A stretch of 47,378 nt of DNA, taken from positions 1-47,378 of the forward strand of contig CAYMTD010000001.1 of assembly GCA_964393245.1 (NCBI GenBank), in the 5' to 3' direction. This DNA comes from an uncultured Syntrophaceae bacterium (GTDB taxonomy: Bacteria > Desulfobacterota > BSN033 > UBA1163). The position numbers were made by a program, and so were the translations under genes. The notes below the pieces were generated by a model. The model made no database searches. It had not been told where the DNA came from and saw only the letters and a program-made list of their open reading frames with translations. Shown piece after piece: positions 41,842 through 47,378 of this stretch (its first letter is position 1; each line of letters opens with the position of its first letter).

Positions 41842-42888
41842 ATGTCAAAGACAAGATCAGGTTATGTTTTTTCAGTATTAGTTGTGACGCTTGTCGCCGT
41901 TTTTGCTCTTTTGGCGATCAACCCGGCCAACGCACAGGAGCGCAAGCCGATGCGGATAGCGACCGCCCCTGTAGGCTCGTACGGCTACCAGATCGCCGCC
42001 TTGTTGGCCAAGGTCATCGAGGGGACGTTTGGCGGGGAGTACACTGTCACTGTCCAACCGTATACCTCTCCCACTGTTGCCATGAAGGCGGTGATGAATG
42101 GGGAGGCGGAGATCTCCTACACGGCAGACATCGGCATGAGCGAGTTTTATCAGCGCGTCGGCGGGTTCAAGGATTACAAGCCCAAGATGCCGGAGCTCGT
42201 TCACACCTGGTATTCCTACCCGATGGAGTCGATGATGGCCGTTGCGGCGAAGCATGCCGACAAGTTCAAATGCTGGCGCGACTTTAGCGGCAAGCCGGTC
42301 TTCTTCACCAACGCTGGGTTCATGAACTGGCTGAACTGGGTGCGCATCTTCAAGGCCCTCGGCTATGACTTCAAGCACGTTCAGATCGACCTCAAGGCGA
42401 ATGCCGACGCATTGGAGTCCGGCTCCATAGTGGGGTCGGCCACCTATACCACCGCTGGCCGCTCGATCCCCGCATACTGGAAAGAAACAGAGATCCGCAT
42501 GGACATCCGGGTCGTGAATCCCTGCCCTGACGAGGTCGCGAAGCTCAAGGCAGCCGGGCTCCCGGTCATCGAAGTCGACCCAAAGGGCGCTTTCAGCAAG
42601 AGCGTCGGCCCGTCCACGTTATTGGGCGTGGGTATCCTGTTTGGCCACAATGCGGGAACAAACATTTCAGAGGATGTGGTCTACAAGATGGTCACCGCGT
42701 TCTACAAGAACAAGGACGATCTCGCCAAGAGCGAGCCGGGATTCACGCCGCTGGCCAAGGACTTCGTCGGCATGCAGGTGCAGGGAATCAACGCCAATCC
42801 AGACATTCCGGTGCATCCGGGCCTGGCCAGGTTCCTGAAGGAGCAGAAGGCCTGGAACGCCAGGTGGAAGGTCGCGGGCAGCAAGTAA
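41842..42888 (+). CDS. TAXI-family TRAP transporter solute receptor
   Basis: 348 aa. Signal peptide then IATAPVGSYGYQIAALLAKVI. Followed by a fused TRAP permease. SD AAAGGAGG. Confidence 0.65.
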   Translation: MSKTRSGYVFSVLVVTLVAVFALLAINPANAQERKPMRIATAPVGSYGYQIAALLAKVIEGTFGGEYTVTVQPYTSPTVAMKAVMNGEAEISYTADIGMSEFYQRVGGFKDYKPKMPELVHTWYSYPMESMMAVAAKHADKFKCWRDFSGKPVFFTNAGFMNWLNWVRIFKALGYDFKHVQIDLKANADALESGSIVGSATYTTAGRSIPAYWKETEIRMDIRVVNPCPDEVAKLKAAGLPVIEVDPKGAFSKSVGPSTLLGVGILFGHNAGTNISEDVVYKMVTAFYKNKDDLAKSEPGFTPLAKDFVGMQVQGINANPDIPVHPGLARFLKEQKAWNARWKVAGSK

Positions 42889-42897
42889 GTGCATAAA

Positions 42898-42937
42898 CCC
42901 CGTTAGAAATTCCAGCGGGGCATTATTTCTAACGGGG
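42898..42937 (+). promoter_or_regulatory. intercistronic stem-loop between the TAXI receptor and permease genes
   Basis: Perfect 13-bp arms CCCCGTTAGAAAT (42898-42910) / ATTTCTAACGGGG (42925-42937). Confidence 0.55.
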
Positions 42938-42985
42938 TAAACGGTATGTTCGGGACGCAGGGGGCGCCGCGCACGGGGGGAATCT

Positions 42986-45010
42986 ATGCTCATTGACCGG
43001 ATCAGAAGCCACGTCAATATCGGTAACCTCATATTCGTGCTCTCGTTTGTCTTCTCCGTCTGGCTGATCTATTACTTCTACACGGGTCTTGGCGGCGCTC
43101 TGTTGCTTGCCGCGCGCCTGATTCCGGTCGCTCTGGCCCTGCAAGTCCTGATTCACTACCGGCGGGGCTACCTGTACAAGCGGCTGCCTCCGGCGGTCAA
43201 CCATGTCCTCGTCGCGTTCTACGTCGCGATCGGCGCCTATGCGTTCGTGTACTTACTGTTCGAATACGATAGGATCGCGATCTACAGCCAGGGCACCTTC
43301 ACGACACAAGATTTCATCGTCGGCCTGCTGATGTTCCTGCTGGTGATGGAGCTGACGCGTCTTGATCATCCGATTCTGTTCTGGACCAATGTCGTGATGG
43401 TCGTCTATACGCTTTACGGCTACATCTTTCCGCGCTGGCTCGACTTCTTCTGGCATCCAGGGACGACCCTCTATCGCGTGGTCATGTCCTCCACGCTCGA
43501 GTTTTCCACCGGCATTTACGGCATCTATGGGCAGCTTGCACTAACGTTGATTGCTGCCTTCCTGCTGCTGGCCGGCGCTGCCGAAGGCTTCAACGCCCAA
43601 AGCGCGATGATGAATGTCGTGCGGCTGTTGATCCGGTCCAGGCGGTTGATCCCGCAGACTGCGGTGCTGGGGGCGAGCGCAATCGGACTGATCAGCGGCA
43701 GCGGATCGGCCAGTGCCGCTGTGGGCGGCGCCATCACCATTCCCTTGATGATTCGCTATGGTTTACCGCGGACCTTCGCCGCCGCGGTCGAGACCTCGGC
43801 GGCGATGGGCGGGCTGATCGATCCCCCGATGATGGGAGCGGCCGCCTTTCTGATGGCGGAATTCCTCGGCGTGCCCTACTGGGACGTTGTGCTACGCGGC
43901 TTCGGGTTCACCTTCATCTACTACATCTCGATTGGCGTGGCAATCTATCTCCTGTCCGTGCGCCTGCTGCCGCGCGGCGCCATTGACAAACCCCAGGTGC
44001 CGCTCTACCAGAAGTTGACGACCGCCATCTTCTTTGGCTCCGTGGCCTATCTCGTGGTTCTGATTGGGTTCCTCGGCAAGGGCGAACTGCTTGGAGCGGT
44101 CATCACCGCGAGCTGGATGTTCGCGGTGCTGGTTGCGGTTTTCCTCCTTTTCAAATACGTTCGCAAGGATCCCGCCCTTGCGGGGGAGACGTTGTTCGGC
44201 AGCATCCGGCGCGGGATCGAAACGCATGCCGAGATGACCTCCTACCTTGTGCAGCTGCTCGCCACGCTCGGCATCATGATCGGCTTGTTCACGATCACGG
44301 GCTTCATCCTCCGGATGGGAGCGATGTTGCTTGAGATCGGCACATGGAACATCATTGCGATGATCCTGATGTCCTGGCTTTTCGGCTGGTTTCTCGGCAC
44401 CGGCCTGCCGCCGACGGCAACCTACATCATCGGCGCAGTGATCATCGTGCCGCCGATGACGAAACTCGGGATTAATCCGTGGGTCGCCCACTTCTTTGTC
44501 TTCTTTTTGTCGGTCTGGGGCGAGCTCTCGCCGCCGACGTCGCTTTCAGCCGCGGTCTCCGCGCGCATTGCGAACACGTCGTTCATGCAAACCATGTGGG
44601 AAGCGCTAAAAATCTGCCTGCCGATCACGGTCCTGACTTTTGCGCTCTTCACCCGCTCGGATCTGGTGGTGAAACTGGGCTGGAGGCAGATTGGCGACAT
44701 CCTGCTGGTGACCGTTGGCAACTGCGGGTTCGCTTTCGCGGTGTTCGGGCGATGTATCAGGAATTTATGGGGCAATATCGTGGTACGTATCTTCATCGGG
44801 GCGGTCTCCGCTATGACTTTGTTCCACCCAAACGACAAATTGGTTTGGGCGTTCGGTGCAATCACCCTCGTTGCTCTGATCTGGGGTATCAGGCGTCACA
44901 ACGTGATTGCTCCGCTGAAGCTGGTGCCCACGCCCGAAACCGAGGAAGGCGCACCGAGGCCGGGGGACTTTGAAAGCGTTCTCGGCGAGGCGCGACGCGA
45001 TATCGGCTGA
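42986..45010 (+). CDS. TRAP transporter fused permease (DctQM-type fusion, TAXI-associated)
   Basis: 674 aa, highly hydrophobic polytopic protein directly after the TAXI receptor. Confidence 0.75.
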   Translation: MLIDRIRSHVNIGNLIFVLSFVFSVWLIYYFYTGLGGALLLAARLIPVALALQVLIHYRRGYLYKRLPPAVNHVLVAFYVAIGAYAFVYLLFEYDRIAIYSQGTFTTQDFIVGLLMFLLVMELTRLDHPILFWTNVVMVVYTLYGYIFPRWLDFFWHPGTTLYRVVMSSTLEFSTGIYGIYGQLALTLIAAFLLLAGAAEGFNAQSAMMNVVRLLIRSRRLIPQTAVLGASAIGLISGSGSASAAVGGAITIPLMIRYGLPRTFAAAVETSAAMGGLIDPPMMGAAAFLMAEFLGVPYWDVVLRGFGFTFIYYISIGVAIYLLSVRLLPRGAIDKPQVPLYQKLTTAIFFGSVAYLVVLIGFLGKGELLGAVITASWMFAVLVAVFLLFKYVRKDPALAGETLFGSIRRGIETHAEMTSYLVQLLATLGIMIGLFTITGFILRMGAMLLEIGTWNIIAMILMSWLFGWFLGTGLPPTATYIIGAVIIVPPMTKLGINPWVAHFFVFFLSVWGELSPPTSLSAAVSARIANTSFMQTMWEALKICLPITVLTFALFTRSDLVVKLGWRQIGDILLVTVGNCGFAFAVFGRCIRNLWGNIVVRIFIGAVSAMTLFHPNDKLVWAFGAITLVALIWGIRRHNVIAPLKLVPTPETEEGAPRPGDFESVLGEARRDIG

Positions 45011-45076
45011 CGAAACGGCGCAGCAGAGAAGCCACACCACTGAAACCAGCGAAATAACGGATCGTAGGTTCTTATT

Positions 45077-45322
45077 TCAGAGGCAGGAGGGATTTTGTTT
45101 GCAGGCGAGGACTGAATGGGCAAGTTCGTTATATCGATAATCCATCTGTTTAGCGATGTGGATCCTCGCTTTGCGACCTGCAATTCGTTCAACGAGGTAA
45201 AGCGCCAGATCAATGCCCGACGTCGCCCTCTGCGCCCTTACAACTTCGCCTTCATCGACGATTCGATGCTCAACGACAACGGTGGCCCAGTACTCACCCT
45301 TTGCCCTCTTTTTCCCGCTCAA
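45077..45322 (-). pseudogene. 3' fragment of a DJ-1/PfpI (GATase1-like) family gene
   Basis: ...GKKRAKGEYWATVVVEHRIVDEGEVVRAQRATSGIDLALYLVERIAGRKARIHIAKQMDY matches only the C-terminal third of DJ-1/PfpI-type proteins (SGIDLALYLVE block). The missing N-terminal part would lie where the MITE copy now sits. Confidence 0.55.
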
Positions 45323-45343
45323 AATTTACCACATAATTATTCG

Positions 45344-45478
45344 TGATGAAGTCGTAAAAAGTCGTCATTCCCGTGAAAACGGGAATCCAGGGAATTCTAA
45401 CTACATGAAAATACTGGATTCCTGCTTCCGCAGGAATGACAAAAAATCCCTTTTCAGACTTTTTACGAAACCATCATT
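45344..45478. mobile_element. 135-bp MITE-like element, copy B
   Basis: Identical to 32602-32736, same orientation. Confidence 0.75.
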
Positions 45479-45677
45479 CATGATTCATATAAGAAACAAA
45501 TTCAAAAACGTCCACTCATTTGTCCTTTGAGGTTGAATTACAGGTAGGGAAAATGATACTTTTATCCATATCTGACCGGAATGTGCTCCGCAAGCTCCGT
45601 GCTGTGCACGGAGTCCCCGCGTACCGGCAGGCAAAAAGGGAGGCGAAAAGCCAGGACGGCTATTGGGAGGAAACCGA

Positions 45678-47060
45678 ATGGGTATCACACAAGAACTTGT
45701 CAAATACTGCAGTGGGTTGAGGTTTAGCCAACTTCCTGAAGAGGTGATCGACCGTGTCAAATACTTGTTCCTTGATTTTATCGGAGTCGCCTGCCGAGGA
45801 TCCCAAGAGGAGTCTTCTAAGACGATTTATCGTTTCGTGAGGGAGATGATCCAAGGTCTCCAAAATGGGGAGATCATTGGGACGAAACAAAAAGCTCCTT
45901 ACCTTTATGCAGCGTTGGCAAACGGAACCTCAGCCCATGCCATTGAGATGGACGACATCAATAACGAGGCTTCTCTCCATCCAGGGGTCGTTGTCTTTCC
46001 TTCCTCCCTGGCGACCGGCGAAATGGTTGGAGCGGACGGAAAGCGTTTTATCGAAGCTGTGGTTTCAGGTTACGAGGTGACGATCCGTTTGGGAAGAGCA
46101 CTGGGACCAGAAAACAGTTACAAGCGGGGCTTCCATCCCACCGGCACGTGTGGAACCTTTGGATCGAGTATCGCTGCCTCGAAGCTCATGGGGCTTAAAG
46201 AAGAGAGAATGGTGAGTGCCATGGGGATAGCTGGTAGCCAGGCCGCCGGCTCCATGGAGTATTTGGCTCAAGGGGCGTGGACGAAGCGGTTTCATGCCGG
46301 ATGGGCTGCCCTGAGCGGGATGATCGCAGCCCAACTCGCCCAAAAGGGATTCAAGGGGCCGTCCTCTATTATTGAAGGCAGAGACGGTTTTCTTCATGCC
46401 TACTCAAACGGCGCGGATCCAGGTAAGGTTTTGGAAGGAATTGGGTCTTGGTTTGGAGTGACTCGTACATCGGTGAAACCTCATGCGTGCTGTCGTTATA
46501 TGCAGCCTCCAATCGATGCAGTTTTAAAAATCCTGAGAGAGAATGACCTGCAGCCAGATCGAGTGGAGAAGATTAGACTGGGACTCTTGAGAGCGGGTTT
46601 CCATCTCATTGCTGATCCCATTGAGCGCAAGTATTCTCCCCAATCGATCGTGGATGCCCAGTTCAGCGCACCTTTTGGCGCGGCTGTGGCGCTTCTCTAC
46701 AGAAGAGCAGGTTTGGATGAATTCCAGCTCTCTAAGATCAAATCCGAAAAGGTAAAGCAGGCGATGAGACTGGTTGAATGTGTGGGAGATCCTGAATTGG
46801 ATAGAACCTTTCCCAAACAATGGTGCGCGACTGCTGAAATCATAACCCGAGATGGTAAGAAATATTTCGCCAAGGTTGACCATTGCAAAGGTGACCCTGA
46901 GAATCCGCTATCGTGGGACGAATTGATCGAAAAATTTCACGGGTTATGCCATCGAAGGATGACGAAGGAGAGGCGATTAAAGGTGGTAAAGGAGGTGAGG
47001 CGCTTAGAAAAGGTTCGAGACTTAAAGAAATGGTCTTCCCTTCTCTTAAGCGATCGATAG
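45678..47060 (+). CDS. MmgE/PrpD-family protein (2-methylcitrate dehydratase superfamily)
   Basis: About 460 aa. LVKYCSGLRFSQLPEEVIDRVKYLFLDFIGVA N-terminus and AHAIEMDD, HPG, KPHACCRY blocks are typical of the family. ATG 45678 after GGGAGGA is preferred. Confidence 0.8.
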   Translation: MGITQELVKYCSGLRFSQLPEEVIDRVKYLFLDFIGVACRGSQEESSKTIYRFVREMIQGLQNGEIIGTKQKAPYLYAALANGTSAHAIEMDDINNEASLHPGVVVFPSSLATGEMVGADGKRFIEAVVSGYEVTIRLGRALGPENSYKRGFHPTGTCGTFGSSIAASKLMGLKEERMVSAMGIAGSQAAGSMEYLAQGAWTKRFHAGWAALSGMIAAQLAQKGFKGPSSIIEGRDGFLHAYSNGADPGKVLEGIGSWFGVTRTSVKPHACCRYMQPPIDAVLKILRENDLQPDRVEKIRLGLLRAGFHLIADPIERKYSPQSIVDAQFSAPFGAAVALLYRRAGLDEFQLSKIKSEKVKQAMRLVECVGDPELDRTFPKQWCATAEIITRDGKKYFAKVDHCKGDPENPLSWDELIEKFHGLCHRRMTKERRLKVVKEVRRLEKVRDLKKWSSLLLSDR

Positions 47061-47228
47061 ATGAGGGGTAAGGGGGGACTTGACAGAATATTCCGGGGCG
47101 TTGTTGGGGCTGTTTTTGTATCTTTTGCCTACCCTGTCTCTATCAACGGAAAGATTCATAGAGAACTTTCGACGCCTATCCTGGACGGGGATGAGATCTT
47201 CTTCTTTACACCCTTAGGAGGAGGGTGA
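47061..47228 (+). CDS. ThiS/MoaD-like miniprotein (55 aa) ending in GGG
   Basis: Below the ORF-track cutoff. The ATG abuts the PrpD-family TAG stop (TAGATG). The C-terminal half VSINGKIHRELSTPILDGDEIFFFTPLGGG* is a ThiS/MoaD-type tail. The N-terminal half is atypical. Confidence 0.4.
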   Translation: MRGKGGLDRIFRGVVGAVFVSFAYPVSINGKIHRELSTPILDGDEIFFFTPLGGG

Positions 47229-47378
47229 TGATCGATCATCCCTGATTCAAAGATGTAATTTCGATTATTCGGGAAATTCCTCTGTCGTAATTCATCGCGA
47301 TAACCGAATTCCAAGCGTCAACTAAATTCTAGCCAAACATATTTGAAATTTCCCCACCTATTACCCTCCCCCTTTTCG

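Overview
All calls come from reading the sequence and recalling motifs; no searches were run. The window looks like an uncultivated, probably strictly anaerobic bacterium. The backbone is roughly 50% GC by hand counts, with many hairpin and MITE-like intergenic repeats; the taxon cannot be fixed from this sequence. Most genes concern anaerobic aromatic or alicyclic acid catabolism. (1) A tungsten-type aldehyde:ferredoxin oxidoreductase (AOR) gene sits behind a Moco/Tuco-riboswitch-like leader, followed by two beta-grasp genes (one running into a rubredoxin), a nitroreductase, two acyl-CoA dehydrogenases (ACADs) and a thiolase. (2) The lower benzoyl-CoA pathway trio had-oah(bamA)-dch is present with SDRs, more ACADs, an orphan biotinyl carrier, an aryl-CoA-ligase-like gene and a DctPQM TRAP transporter. 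(3) A second, longer AOR-family gene has a Zn-ribbon miniprotein and a 4x[4Fe-4S] partner. It faces a convergent NrfD-like membrane protein, a paralogous 4-cluster ferredoxin and a MoaD-like GG protein. A palindrome, GTTCAN-N4-GTGAAC, occurs four times, all intergenic: twice at the AOR2 promoter, once at the nrfD-like promoter and once just before an IclR regulator gene. This suggests one regulon and is my top candidate for an undescribed system, a quinone-linked tungsten AOR-family complex. (4) A GC-richer segment (about 37.2-45.3 kb) carries sdhC(D)AB-like genes, a DHDPS-family gene and a TAXI-TRAP system. It ends at a truncated DJ-1/PfpI gene and a MITE copy, and is flanked by TtuC-like and PrpD-like genes and a tiny ThiS-like ORF. 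Housekeeping genes (apgM, ruvX, mltG) are interspersed. I saw no rRNA, tRNA or CRISPR array.
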